Below, piece by piece: positions 1 to 14,050 of a DNA stretch of 64,000 nt. Made by a program: the position numbers and the translations under genes. How positions within the stretch are numbered: position 1 is the first letter of the stretch; each line of letters opens with the position of its first letter. The stretch is taken from contig NMRA01000059.1 in NCBI GenBank assembly GCA_002633005.1, positions 833,150 to 897,149 of the forward strand. Reading direction: 5' to 3'. The notes beneath the pieces are model-generated. The model searched no databases. It was not told where the DNA came from and saw nothing but the letters and a program-made list of their open reading frames with translations. Origin of the DNA: Phoronis australis (taxonomy: Eukaryota > Animalia > Phoronida).

Positions 1-2375
1 GTATTCACGCCCATGTGTAAGTGACTTTGAATACTAATTACCGTATATACACGTATTCACGCCCATGCCCATGTATCCGAAATAATTCATTTTTTTCAAA
101 CAGAACATTCTGGACCAGTGTTTAATCATACTGGCGCATGCGCATAGGCTTCACTTATAGGCAACTGCTTGTACATGCGTGCGTACGTGCGCGCACGCGT
201 GTGTGCGTGATTGCGGATGTGACGCTAATGCTTGTGTGTGTACATTCACACTATTTTTCATTTTGTAATCTAAGTTAATGTTAAATTGAATAAGCGTTAA
301 CTAGTATACCTGTACGTCAAGCTTTAATCACATAGCACTTGAAAATTGTGCACTTTGGTTATACCTAAGTGTAAAGGGCGAATTTTCTTAGTTCCAGGGA
401 TTGGCTCAGCTTCACAGGTAAATGCACGGTTCTAAGTACACATAGATTCGGTAACAAGTTCTTTGTCATCAAATGTCCTTGATTTCTAGTCCGATCAATC
501 TATCAATACTTCTAAAATTTGTGCCAACATGTGGCATTTGACAGATATCGACTCTGCAGTTCGATTACTACAGAAATGTGTTACATGATAAGTAGTACGT
601 TGGGTTTGTTAAAAGTTAAAGCTGCTATATGAACATATACTTAATAAGGTATCTTCGGGGGAGGGATATTTGAAGCGCAGAATTCGGGAATTTTGTGTAC
701 GGCCCTGGTTTAGTTTTCAAATACATTGCGACATGGTTGTCGACAGGTGAACATTCCGCCGGTGACATCGCGTGGGTGAGGAACCTGATTTACAACTTTA
801 GTTTAAGATTGCGAGGTTTGACTTCAGCTTGCTCGTAAGGCGTGTACCTCGAGAATCTTTCGCTAATCTACGTATTAAATCGATGCTTTGTGAGGCTCAC
901 TTTCAATCTATTAGTCTTTGTGGTGGTTGCTTAGTATTTCGTATCAAAACTTATTTGGCAGTGAACGCTTACTTTCAATTCTGGTGCTCTCAAATGACAC
1001 GTGTTGTTTTCCATCATATTATTCTTATGTCTCCAAACTGTCTGCCATGTCACCGGACGTTTACCAGCCGATAACCGTCCCACAATGCATTTGGAATACA
1101 CGAGTACAGGGCAGCGTTCCGTAGGCTGCAAGCTATTGGTTTGCACTTGCGGTGAAAAATCTTTGCTTTCGGAATGGAATCAGTGGATTAAACCAGACAA
1201 TTCAACACTACAACAAACCACTTCAGTGACCGCATTTTTGCTAAGATGAGCGAGTAAGTCTTCGAGCGAACTCTTGAAAAACTCTTTTTTAACTCCCCGG
1301 CCCGTGATTTTACCGCTGAGGTCATGCGAGATCCTGCTTTTCGCGCAAGAGGCTTGATCCACAGGGAATTTGACATTTGAGGCTGCTTCCTTTTCGATGT
1401 ACGTAAAAGCCCCAAACGTATGAGTCATGGTAAGGTTTTTGGGGCCATGTGTAGCGTTTTTGATGTGAAACGGTCCACAACAGAATTTTGACAGAGAGTA
1501 AGAAAGATGACAAGTCCGGTGTGACGTGCGCACCGTCAGGCAAAACCCTACGAGATATGTTCAGTGCCTCCCGGTTGCGAACGAATAGTAGTTTTACTAA
1601 GAGCTCGGTCCACATGGACAGCAGATCAACTACGTATGGAGAAAGAACGAGGAAACGATAATATCGCCTATAGCAGCATGCAGTAGACTTCATGGTCAGA
1701 TGAATATACCACTGGATAAATGTGGACTATCATCGAGTGTCTACGGATAAACAAGCACAAAGGGAATGAAATTCACGTTCATAACATTTTACAAATATGC
1801 TTTTTTTATCTCATTTCATTTTATTCAGTAGAAACTAATGCGAATCCAAAATTAAATGTGGGTCGATTGCGGATAAAAACATACCAAATCCTAACCTCAT
1901 TGACCGCCACTGGACCTCAAAACTTTTAGATGCAGTCAAAGTGCGTGGACGTAGTTTTCCCGTCACCATTTATGTTGTTAAATAACTTATCTTGGATCAC
2001 CAAGTCTTGTCGCCGAACACAAGAGCATAATGCAAAAACTGCTACTTCTATGAGTGAAATCTGGTGTGTCGATGGGCGGGCATAACATAGGAATGGGCTC
2101 AAAGGTTTGTTATAGCACTGTGTGCATCATTCGTTTGCATCTATGACTTGTAATGACAATGCAACTCCGTTTCAATGAAATATGACCAAAACAATAATAA
2201 TGGTGGTTCTTATCCTCATGTGTGATTTATAAATAATTTCTAAAACTAAACTAATGCACCAAAACAAACGTAATGATCGAAAATTGATTTAGGGCGTAAG
2301 TGGACACTTGGGTCAAAATGGACATAATGGGTCAGAATGTGGGTTTGCTTTAGGGTCAAACAAATTAATATTGAA

Positions 2376-2533
2376 CCTGGGTAGAGTTCAGTAACGCTAG
2401 AACCTACGCTAGGACCTCGCTAAAATCTAACCAAAATCATGTGCTCTCATTTAAAATACACGGCAATATCTGACGTAATCTCGCAAAGCCTTGCTTTTTA
2501 GCGAGGTCCTAGCGTAAATGAACTCAGGCCTGG
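2376..2533. mobile_element. Short MITE (second copy at 51763-51920)
   Basis: Internal inverted ACGCTAGGACCTCGCTAAAA / TTTTAGCGAGGTCCTAGCGT; dispersed copy. Confidence 0.7.
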
Positions 2534-5500
2534 TCTCGCGCAATGTCGGAAAACATGATAAACAGAAGTTTATGGAGTCGCAATCGAAATATTAAAATGT
2601 CATCTCACTTTCTAATAACTTACATTAGTTCATGTGGCCGTTGACTGAAAGTAACAAATTTACCGCCAGGGTGTACAGTAGTATACTTATTGATAGATAA
2701 TCAATTATGCAACAGCGCTAGTTACTTTTTAGCTTTCTTTTCATAAATTGTTTGTCAAAACTGCAATTGCTGTTGTATAGTATGTACAGTGAATCCCCTA
2801 ATCACTCTGATAAATATATTGATAAATTTCAGTGTACAATGGAATGAACACAGACTGCATATTGATCGGTTACACCTGAGTATGGTCTTGCACGGTTATT
2901 TTTTGTGTGGACCGCGATTTACCTTCCGCAAGAGCAGCTAAATGTCTGACGCGACCAAATGACATTTATCCTTTTTAACGGGATCATATTTATTGCAAAA
3001 AGCACTCAATCAACATCAATGAACAAATTCATAAACCGTGCCTAGTTCACGCAATTAAAATAAAAGTCAAATATAATCCATTATACGTACATGTTCAACC
3101 CACAGCTTCTTCGAGGCTTTCAGGAGTATAACCCACAGCTCAAAAGAAATATAAGTACAAAAATTAATTTGTTTGGACTTTCAACTTCATTCAAACACAA
3201 AGGCCTCTGGAGCATGCAAATTATAAGCAAACACAATGTAGCCCATCTACTGTAGCAATACGTTTGCTACAGCACACCGAGACAAGATAGGCCTACAAAA
3301 ATTGATTCGGTCATAATGATTGCAAATATGTCTTCAGAATTTACATTCATACTTAAAAGTTTGTTGTATACATTCGCAATATTTTGTATAGCGGCAATTC
3401 TAATAATAAAACATGTTTTTCATCATCTAGTTAAGGAACAACATGAGCAATATCTGAATCTTGCGAGTAATATGTTTCATGAAAAGTCACAAGTATTTCT
3501 GAAAAATGGTTGAATTTCCCTTCAGCAAGAGCCTGTTTCTGAGAATATACACGTAACTGCAAGTTACTAAAATTATTAGTGATGAATTATTTCTAACGTG
3601 AGATGCGCTCATTTTTCCATGGCAACTGTGAAGTGAGAACGCAAGACCAAAGCATTTCTGTCTCAAGTCTTAATTCTCTTTCGTGAAACATGCAGTAGTT
3701 TACATTGCTTTCAAAAATAATCCCAGCTTTCTTCAGTCAGTTCACAATGTAATGTATAACATACAGTGACAAATGGTATCGGATGTCGTCTAGTTTCAGA
3801 AATTTCAACCAATTCTTAATTATCCTTGATAATCATAATAACAACAATGTTATTTCTCTCTTATATGGTGAAAATGGCTCTTATTCAAGAATTTAAGGCA
3901 TTAATGTTTAATAATGGGAGTTTGTTATCATGTCGAAATTCAAATAACCGTACTGGCTACACCCAACATTCATGGTTTTCAAAGTTATACTTTGAATCGC
4001 AGTTGCCAAGAACGTTTTTTTGTGGCAACGGGAATAAACTGTATGTTAATCTCGAGACCAATACTGTTCCTGTTATTCAATGGAAGCGGCCTATGGGATT
4101 TGATCACATACGCCTTGAGGGAAATGGTGCACGATAAATTAACACCACGGCGATCTCCCGTTCAGTGACTTTATCAGACATGAGAAGTTGTGAGCGAGTG
4201 ATAACACCTGGCTCCTTTGTTAACTGCCTAATCACAGGCCAATTATCTACCAGGCTTCAAAGGGTTACTGAAACCTAGCAGAACTACTTTCGACAAGGGG
4301 TAGAGGTTTTCATCAACAACAATTGCTTCGTATCACATTGCGGTAGAAGCAACAAGTTTTCAAACAAGAAACAAAGTATAACCTAAAAAACAACAAAAAC
4401 AACTTTACAAGCCTGTGGGTGAGGAATTGAGTGAGTTTAGAGTCCTGGTGATAACACGTACACGTCCTGACAAGACTAGACCTGTCGGGCGGGGTCCGGG
4501 CTTCATTGTTAATCATATACAGAGCAGTCAGCTGAGTTCAGAAACCTCCAAAACATTGCTGACGAAAGCTGGCAGGCGAAAGCTCTATGGAGAGTTGCAG
4601 GTAAAACAGCAAGCTGTCCAAACCACCTCCATTCGCTGTTGTCTCACAAACCGCGCCCTACACCTGGCTCACACCGCGGTTATATACCCAACTTCCAGCT
4701 CCACCTATTGATGACATAATGAATTAACAATGGTAACCGAGGTGTCGTGTTTTCTCCGTTTGCAAATAAGCATTTATCGGCATTGAGACTTGTTCCATGA
4801 AAGATTTAGTTTCATTTTGGAGTGGACTCCAGCAACCTTGATGGGTTGAACTTTTTTACCAGCCGGAGAAGCAACGCGGCGAAGCCTTTTGATCTATGAT
4901 TGCCTCGCGCATTCCACAGCTGCTTCGTAACAGTAGCGATGGACGATGAAAGGCTTGCGCATAGTCACTGGTTCAGGCATGAGCAGTATACGAGTAGTCC
5001 CGTTTAACGTTTGTGTTAGATGTTAAACACGCATGCGCATAAAAGACTTCCTGCCCTTTAATATCAATACTGGCAATAGATTGTATTGTGATTGTTTGCC
5101 GCTTGTTTTTCTTAACTTACTGGTTGATGAAGCAATGTTGGCTTCAAAATCATTTTGTATTTAACCAATAAAGACTCTTAAAAGCACTTAATAGCGTTTC
5201 TTTGAAATGACACTCTTCTCTATTAATTTAATTTGCATTTGAGCCGGAGTGCCTCTGTTTCGATACGTTTTATTTGGCTTCATTGGCCGATAATATAACT
5301 ACTAGCACTCTTTGTTGAGTCAAATATACCATGATGTTTCGCCACAAGGGTGCTCGTTTGACTATTTAGTCGTGCGACGACATGCAGTCATTATGTTTTT
5401 AAGTGGTTAACATGTGTGAGCACAGAAACACAACCTCTGATCTAAATACGGTGCTCGTGATTACAGGGTCGTGTTTTCTAATAGGTTGGCGCTTCTTGTA

Positions 5501-5583
5501 TGACTTGTTCAGCGTGTCTCAAAAATTGTATCTAGTGGCTTGTAACATCCTGCCCAGTATGGTTTTCGTGGGAGGCACTCGAT

Positions 5584-7069
5584 AGAGCTGGCTTCAGTTG
5601 AAATTATGGATAGAATTGTCAGGGCTGTGGAAAATAATAAATTGCCACTGGCCAATCTAATTGATCTTTCCAAAGCTTTTGACTCTTTAAGTCATTCAAT
5701 TTTACTTGACAAACTTCTATATTATGGTTGTAACCCCTTGTATTTAAGTTTCTTGAGAAACAATTTCTCTAATAAGGCTCAGTATGTTCAAATTAACAAC
5801 ACAAAATCTAACACAGTTCCAATTCTACGAGGTGTCCCACAGGGGTCTATATTGGGTCCGTTATTATTCATCATTTATATGAATGATTTTGTGAAGTGCA
5901 CAAATTTGACTGCATACTTTATGCTGATGATACTACTATTATTAATGGTATTCATAGGATGTTGTCTGTAAATGAGTCACATATGTTTTGTGCGGAGCTG
6001 GAAAAAATTCAGTCTTGGTTAAATGTAATTGGACTGGTTTTAAATGCAATTAAAACAAAATTTATGGTTTTTCATAAAGCCCAAAATGTATTCATGGTTT
6101 TTATTTAAAGTTTAATAACTTGAAAATTGAAAGAGTTCGTTCTATCAATTTACTTGATGTTACCATCTGCAAAAACTTGTTATGGAGTCCACACATAAAC
6201 AATTTGTTGAGAAAGATAAGCAGATTCGGTGGTGTTCTTAATAACCTAAAACATTTCTTGCCCTTTGAAACTTTGAAAACTGTATATAATGGTCTTGTCC
6301 TTCCTCATTTTAATTATGGCATTCTGCTATGGGGTGTGAACATAATAGAATATTCAAATTACAGAAAAAGGTTATTCGCAATATTACCTCAAGTTATTTT
6401 AATGCCCATACAGATTCTATATTTAAGACTACACAGATTCTCAAAATTAAGGACTTGTATGTTGTTGGTATTATTAAATTTTTCTACAAATATGTTCATA
6501 ATGACTTACCTTCATTTTTCAACACGTTCAATTTAATTACCCGTGGGTCTGTTCAGGAATATAAAACTAGACAATGACATCTTCTACAAACTCCCCGTTG
6601 TACTAAATCATTTGCTGAAGATTTAGTTCGCAATGACCTACCTCATATAATTAATAACCTTCTTAAAAGTGTCTCCCAAAAACTGTTTATCCATTCGTTA
6701 CCCTCTGTTATAAATTATTTTAAAAATGTTTGTTTTGAAAGTTATGAACTTGAGTGCACTATACCCAGCTGCTTTGTGTGTAACTATCTTCGATAATCTC
6801 TCCTAGTCTTTTCACAAGTAGTTTTAAATTACATAATCACTTAATTTTTGTAATTCTGATTATCTGTAACACTGTATTTTTTATTCTCTGATGGCTCCGT
6901 GGTCAACGGACCTTTTGGGTCCTTCACGGATTTTCCATAAGCGTAAATCTGCATCAAGTGTATTTTTGTCTTAATGTGAATAAAGTGTACTGCTACTGCT
7001 ACTGCTACTGCTACTACGACTACGACTACGACTACGACTACTACTACGACTACTACTACGACTACTACG

Positions 7070-7135
<66 letters not shown>

Positions 7136-7136
7136 A
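5584..7136 (+). mobile_element. 5'-truncated, decayed non-LTR retrotransposon (CR1/L2 group), RT C-terminal half + 3'UTR + microsatellite tail
   Basis: IDLSKAFD, GVPQGSILGPLLFIIYMND, LYADDT, LVLNAIKTKFMVF, YNGLVLPHFNYGILLWG, LQKKVIRNI across frameshifts; C-terminal CTIPSCFVC; AATAAA at 6979, then the tail. Confidence 0.93.
6988..7136 (+). repeat. Compound microsatellite (CTACTG/CTACGA/CTA/ATA)n forming the LINE tail
   Basis: Directly visible. Confidence 0.95.
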
Positions 7137-10092
7137 TCTTGGCCTGAACAAAGCCTTTTCAAGCCTCGAAATCTCAGACCTGGGCCCAGTCTCCAATCTC
7201 CGTACTCAGACTCATACTCATACTCGAGATTTTATACTCAAAATCGTGCTCACTGGAGTCAAAACAGCGTCTTTAATGTCGCATTTCGAGTAGACTCCAA
7301 ACGTACTCAAATCTGAAAATCGTACTCGAGTTGCTATGGAACTCTTTATGATGTGAAATGCAAAACCAAGCAAAGTCGCACTGATTCAGCGCTCCTTGTT
7401 CGCATAGACCCTAGTAACTACATGTACATTATCGTCTGCTGTCGCTACAATTACAAGAGAACGTAGAATGCCGAGTGTTCTGTAATTCATTTTTTCAGTT
7501 ACAATACGATATTCTTATACCAAACACTTATAGACTATTTGATACATTTGCCAATTATTAAGCATAACTTCTTGTTTTTTATCTCAATCCCAAAAATGTC
7601 TTAAGAAGTTTCTACCAGCTTATCACATCAAAGTCAAAGACGGAACAGAGGCAGTTACAATCTCAATGTCTGATTTAGCCAGGGTGAAAAATGGGTTCGA
7701 TTTTCCCTACATTTGACACATTTACTCCTAAAGTTGGCATCGCCAAACCACCTAATGACAGCATATTGAATTTTTTTCTTTTTCAGTGATGCAGAGGTGG
7801 GCCGGTGACTCCGGTCCGGAGGTCAGGTACCATATCACAGACCTGCAACCAACATTTCTAAGGGGGAGTTCGAATTGCACATTTTCTTTGACGGGAGGTC
7901 GAATTGCAAAAGTTTGTACCTTAATTGCCAGCGGCGGTGTTCTTCCTCAGTTAGCCGGTTGTCCACGTCAGCCCGAAACGCCAATTGTCATTTTTGGGCC
8001 TCGTTTGGTTCCTGGTCAACCTTTCTTCACTCTTGACATAGAACCCACTGCTGTATAGGCCTACTCTGATGTCAAAACATTGATACTGTATATTTGCATT
8101 TTATCGGGATGTATCAAGTTAGCTGACATTTGGGGCGTGAGTTAAAAAACACTTCCTGTTCAGGCATTCAGAGTTCATCAGTGAACGGGACGAAACGTCT
8201 ACTTAGAAATCTGCAAACTCTGGAATATCTTTCGGGGATTGAGGAATTATAGATAAGTAAACTATGATGTGAAATGTAGTTGACAGGGAAGCAAACTGTT
8301 TTTAATTTTCCTCGTCTCCCGTCTTCTGAAAACCCTAGAAACTATAGGCATACCTACTGAAATGAGGGCAGCTGCACAAACTTCTCACACTACTTTTCCC
8401 ACAACTGCTTTCGATACTCGTAATGACTCGCCGACAACACCCCGGCCAACCCGCCATCGAGAACGACCGGAAGGCGATCAAGAACGAAATATGGCGCGAG
8501 AAGCGAACCCAGGCAAGGTGAGTAAATTTGATCAATTTTCGTTGTTTTTACTACCAATGTGAAAACAGAGAAATGACTTCAAGGCGTAGCACATTTAGGA
8601 AGGGCAGGTAGAGGTTTAGGCTAGTGTCTCTCCCAATTATAGGAGAAACGTTACTTTGACCGAGGCATCGCTTAAGCCAAAGGTGATTTGAATGTCATTT
8701 TGGCAAATTGCCGTTATTTTTGGCACTAAATCAATAAATTGACCATGGAGTTATAAAGAAATGACGTGCGAAAATATAACGCAACGCTTGTTTTTTGTAC
8801 TTTTGTCAGGATCTCTGATTTTTCGACGCTTTTCTGTTGAAATATGCGATCGGGAGCGCAAATTTGTGTTTGTTTATGCGATCGGGAACGCATTCTGATG
8901 TGTCGAACAGTAATGAACTTTTTACTTATAAAACGTGAAAAAGGTTACAAAATAAGTGTGGTGCAATGAATTAATCACATTTTGTTTCGTTCCTGTGTTA
9001 CTTTCGTATCAAAACTGAACAACAACACAGCATATTTCCATTAAATTGCCTTGAGCACTACATGTACATCAAGCATAATTTTAGTTTCACAAACGAATTT
9101 ATTCGCATTTCCGAAACAAGTTCACTGTTAATGTGAGGCGAGCTTCAACAAACATGTTACCCATGACGTGATGGTACACCCTACCAGGGTTTTGAAAAGT
9201 ACAAGCCAGGCATCTACTTTTAGACCAAACCACTGAGAACAAGGGTTTCTAAACTGAAGACTCACCCAGGAGTCGTTCTATGTGGCCTGCCAGCCAGGGG
9301 TAAACAAATGGTTGCAGCACCGAGATGAAAGCGAGTGTAGAATCCTCTTGTAAAATTGTGACAGCAAAAGGAAAAGAAAAAACAAATAGCCAGTGAAGTC
9401 AAAGAATGATGATGAGCTTGCCCATGGGAAAAGATTGGAGTGCGGCAACACTCCACGAGATGATTCAAAGATTCTCATTCCTAAACGTCTGGGATCAAAA
9501 AAAATGGCCAGAAGTTGTGTAAACTGGCGTGCTGATAAAACGGGTGGGATTTTACTTGATTTTTACTGATAACATCGATACAGAGATGAACAAATTGACT
9601 TGCGGCACCGTGTGGCTTGGATGTACGTTGTATTTGACTCTTCTGTTTTGTAGTATTGGTCCTAAGTTCACCTGCATTATCAGTTCATGATCTCGAGTTT
9701 ATTGTGACATTGAAAAAGATTGAGTGTTATAATACACATACTATATTGTGATTTGCTCAAAACGTAGTCAACATGTTGTCATTAACGTCACTTCAACCTA
9801 CACATTGTTGTGATTTACAGAGGAAATCAACAATATTATAGCATTTCTATTATAATATTAATCTTTTATCACACATACCTCAAAATTGGTTTTACAAAAA
9901 TATATACATTTATTTATAGAGAAATCAACAAAGCAAATCCATTGAACATTTCCAACGAATTACTTTTGGAATGTAGTAGACTAAATCACCACTGAATCAT
10001 AGACAATGCATTTAGGACTGATTGATAGTATAACAGTCTCTCACATGAAATCAACTACAAAATGAAAACAATTTTTACAATAACCATAACAC

Positions 10093-10227
10093 AGAACTTC
10101 GCTTTACTCTAAGTCTTTCTTTATTCAGGCCGTTCAACAGTGGATCAACTTGCCAAATAGTGTTAAGGAGGCTGACCGTTATGATGATTTCAGACTCAAA
10201 CGCATTAGTTACCTGTGGTCGTCATAG
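10093..10227 (+). mobile_element. LINE ORF2 extreme C-terminal relic
   Basis: RTSLYSKSFFIQAVQQWINLPNSVKEA...F matches the CR1/L2 SFF...WNxLP end motif. Confidence 0.75.
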
Positions 10228-11226
10228 CTGTCTCTCCTTTTTGTAACTCCAATGTATATGCCACATAAAAGTTTTTATTTATTTATTTATTTTTAATTCA
10301 CCTTGGGAGTCAACACCGATGAAAAATCGTTTCCTTGTGCGCTGGCTTTTAATGTAGATTATACATTATAACTTACTTATAATTTGAATTGAAGTTCATA
10401 TAATCCACTTAATTGCATGTGCATTTTATTCTTAGCTGGGAAGTCATTCATTTGCCTGTAGGTTTGTCATATATGCAGAATATATTAATAGCTTGGCAAA
10501 AAAGCAAAGGAGTGATATGGGTGGTCAGTAATGTGTCTACAACAATAGCTTCTCAGTTTACATTTAAACTATAGTCAGTAACGACAAACCAAATCATGGG
10601 GATAATGCAATGACTGAGAAGCAAAGGCAAATGATCAGGAATGTCCGGGGACATGGTTATACTTTCTTTAAGGTTTTGGTCGAAATCCACTGAGAACTGT
10701 AAGAGTTGCTCCCAGATCTATACATTACAGGTGCGTGATGAAAAGCATGATTTCCCAAATATGGTCGAATAGCAGGCTGCCAACTTTCTTGAAACTTTCT
10801 TCCAAATCGTCTGAGAAATGTATGAGTTGTGCTCAGAACACGCAATAACGGACGGTCGAAATCACGCCAACCAATTATATTTCGGTGGCCAAAGAAAGCA
10901 AAGCAAAGTAAACGTCAATTTATTACTTAATGAGTTTTATATTCACTGATCTGCAGGATTTTAAGCTAAATTTTGCAAGCCACAAGTTATGTTAACGTTT
11001 TTGCACCTAAATGTCTTGCTAATCAAATGTGCACGTGGCCCGCGCAACCCCGCCGTAACCCGGGGATACAGGGAACCCCTGGCCATTTGTTTAGGTCAAC
11101 ATGATGTCCATGTGGCCGGCGTACCTCTGCCGTAACCCGGGGATAGGAAGAAAGTTTTTAGCTAATAATTTTTGAAAATGGCTAAAAGTTTTCTGATGCT
11201 TTAGCCACTTTGGCTAATGCCTTTAA

Positions 11227-11758
11227 CGAGGCATGGGACGCGAAAGCTCGTCAAAAATATCTTCTAAATAATTCATCTTGCAACATCTAGTACAGAGTAA
11301 TTTATTTCCCTTGTGAGCAAATTTCCAGAAAAAATCACAAAATTCACGATTTTTGAAATATGCGGGCAGGAAGAACTTAGTGATTACCACAGAGTTTCTA
11401 ATCTCCCTGCCACTTATGATAAATGCCAGCACGGGCTCACAGTCAGTTGTTTGAAGTCGCTTTAGGTCAAAGGTAACACTTTCCATATGAGGGAAATGTG
11501 CTATGTCTATGTCTATGTCTTATCACACCCAATAAGGAGATAAGATTTGCCTTGTGGTAGAAAAATTGACGAAGTTACGAGCAATTGAAAGATCATTTTT
11601 TGAAATTTGAAACGAAAAATGTTTTGATATCAGCAGAAATTAAAAATATTTATAAAAAAACCCTAAAAAAGCCTGGTGAGCAGGTTGGCTTCTGTTGCAG
11701 TGACAAAGAACAACTTTCAATATTGCAATTTAGTCTGTTTGTTGCATTCCAGGCAACT
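11227..11758 (+). mobile_element. TTAA-flanked MITE family 2 (Kolobok-like), copy 1
   Basis: TTAA on both sides; ends GAGGCATGGGACGCGA / TGCATTCCAGGCAACT; long homology with 22172-22782. Confidence 0.7.
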
Positions 11759-13298
11759 TTAAATGTTTAGGGTGAGACTAAAGAAGATATGGATAAACAA
11801 GTGTGCAACTTGGTGTGATATTGTTGACGAATAAGTATTAGGCACTCGATATCCTGTAAAATACATTGTATCGTCTTCGAGTTCTTTTTTTCTGTTTTAT
11901 GGAAGTCTGCATGAAAAAACATGAATTGCGTCATGTCAATTAGCAATATTTTCTCATCTAGCTTAAATACCTATCAATTTTGCATCTTGTAACCACAGTG
12001 AAAACCGACTATGAACCCAAATTCCTGTCAAGAAGACAACTTGTGATTTAAACCATTTATCTCTCTAAAATTGGCCTCAGCATGTCCCTCATTCAGATGA
12101 GAAGCGATTTTTGGATTTGAAAGTAACCGATCCAACATTATTACGTGAGACCATGGTCGTCGTAAAATGCAACACCGCAGAGCTTGTTTTCAACCAATGG
12201 AAAGCCGACAGTTCTTTTGAAGTCCAGTGATATTACTTCTTATTTGACTGAAGAAGGATTTGAGACCAAATTCTATGATAGTAAGTGGTCTAAATCAAAA
12301 GTCTCGGGGTTTTCTTTGAAACACGAGCTTATTGCCGCTATAATGCTCAAAATAATCTGATATTTATTGATTGGGAGTTATCTCCGCCTGGTGAGCGTTA
12401 GATTGCTACCGTGAGCATAACAGGTTCCATAATCCCCCTTTGATTCTCTATATTTTGACGAGGACAGGTGAAATTACGACATATAACTTCAAATCATCTT
12501 TGCGGAGGTAGAACATAGCATTCCATGTTTGGCCTACTTTTCGAAAAGTCGAGACCACTGAACGGACAAATGAAGAAAGATTGACCTCGCACCGTTCAAT
12601 ATTTCATTTTCTGTCAACAGTACCAGTTATTATCCAACATCAAAATGTTGTTGGCATTAGGGTGATGAATGGCTAATTTCTTCATGTAAAGTAGTGGTGA
12701 GCCCAACAGTAGTATACAGCGGCGGTTACAGTGCCCTACTGGCGCACAGCCTAGTGGATAAATAGGGCGGAATCAAAGACGTTGTGGTGGAGGGCACTCT
12801 ACGCGTGTTTCACCCATTCGTCTCACGTAGTCAAACAAGAAACTGCTTGGAGTGATTGTCCGACTTCTTAACGAATGATAAATAAAATATACCACACAGC
12901 ATAGATTACAGACAACAGATTCGCAACTCCAGCATATCCTTACGTGCTGAGTTGAACTCTCCTGACCTATCTGCTGCAGTTTCCGGTCAGTGTATTTTGA
13001 CGAGAAATACTTGCATCTACTTTACGAAAAAATATTAATTTTGGCATTGAAACGCTTTTCATAGTCTTTCAATAGTAGAAGTGTTGGTATTGTGAGTACT
13101 TTTGGCAATGCTACTGGTAATTAATGTAATTACAAAATTCAAACTTCGGTGCCGACTGATTATGCCGTCTGCTTCCCCAATAGGAGCATAGTTATCGGAC
13201 AGTTTTTGATTTATGGTTCACATAGGCCTACTGAGAAAACTACGAAAGCATGCTTATAAATCAACATTCTCAAGTGAGCAGTTCTTCTGGGAAGTGTT

Positions 13299-13363
13299 GA
13301 GTGGCCCTTAAAAGGGCCGTTGGTTGTAGCTATAGCTTGAAATGGTTCTTAAAAGAACCGTTG
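13299..13363 (-). other. Two histone-mRNA-type 3' stem-loops
   Basis: Minus strand reads CAAC-GGTTCT-TTTA-AGAACC-AT (13359-13344) and CAAC-GGCCCT-TTTA-AGGGCC-AC (13318-13303). Confidence 0.7.
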
Positions 13364-13929
13364 AATAATTCAACATAAATCACACAGTATACCATGTTCA
13401 CTCAAGTACTGAAGGTAATAGAACAGTAAAACAGGACTCCCTAAAAATCGCGAGCTGTTTTCGAAAACTTTGCGCCATTGGTGATCTGCCAGTGATTGGT
13501 TCATGCATTTACGGCGGGAAAATAATAGACCAAGTATCGTGCACGGGTGCACTGTCGCAACACTTTGTATCTTATTCTTATTTGGCCAATCTGTTGATAC
13601 AGTAAATTTCCTTATTTATGCCCATCCTGATTTGACTGCAACTTGAGCTTGTTGGGTTCTATCATATATTGGGTTGGCATTGGGACCCACATGATGCTTA
13701 CTCGAATGGGTTTCGTTTTACCAAGTATTTCAAATTGAGGTGAAGTAAATAAACAAAGTGGGTAATTATCATCACCAGAATTTCATCATTAGTATCTTTT
13801 GCCGGGTGCTCAAATTTTCTGATATTAGGGATTGTCAGATTTGTAAGGTAGAAGTGTTTCGCTGGATTTCCAGGTCTGTGGCGTTATTTATACCGAACCA
13901 AAATTAAAAAACAGACCTTTGTTTAAATC

Positions 13930-14050
13930 AGGAGCTGCATGATACACATTTATTAAACGTGCGCAGGCATTGCACTGATCACTTGGAACCATTTTTATGG
14001 TTTATTAATATATAGTTAAACCAAGCTTAGGAACTTGAAACCTGATTCAC
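13930..14050 (-). mobile_element. SINE body fragment, same family
   Basis: CGTGCGCAGGC..ATTGCACTGATCAC.TGG..CCATTTTT similarity to 63620-63740. Confidence 0.55.

Noticed and set aside
829-1693. Cluster of overlapping short ORFs, including two same-frame minus ORFs split by a TGA at 1180 (possible readthrough/Sec)
   Set aside because: No recognisable protein in any frame, no redox-motif context or SECIS seen, and stops in all frames.
6971-7162. Poly-Ile/Ser/Arg ORF; also the poly-Gly ORF 53601-53798 and Asn-rich ORF 33802-34059
   Set aside because: Translations of simple repeats.
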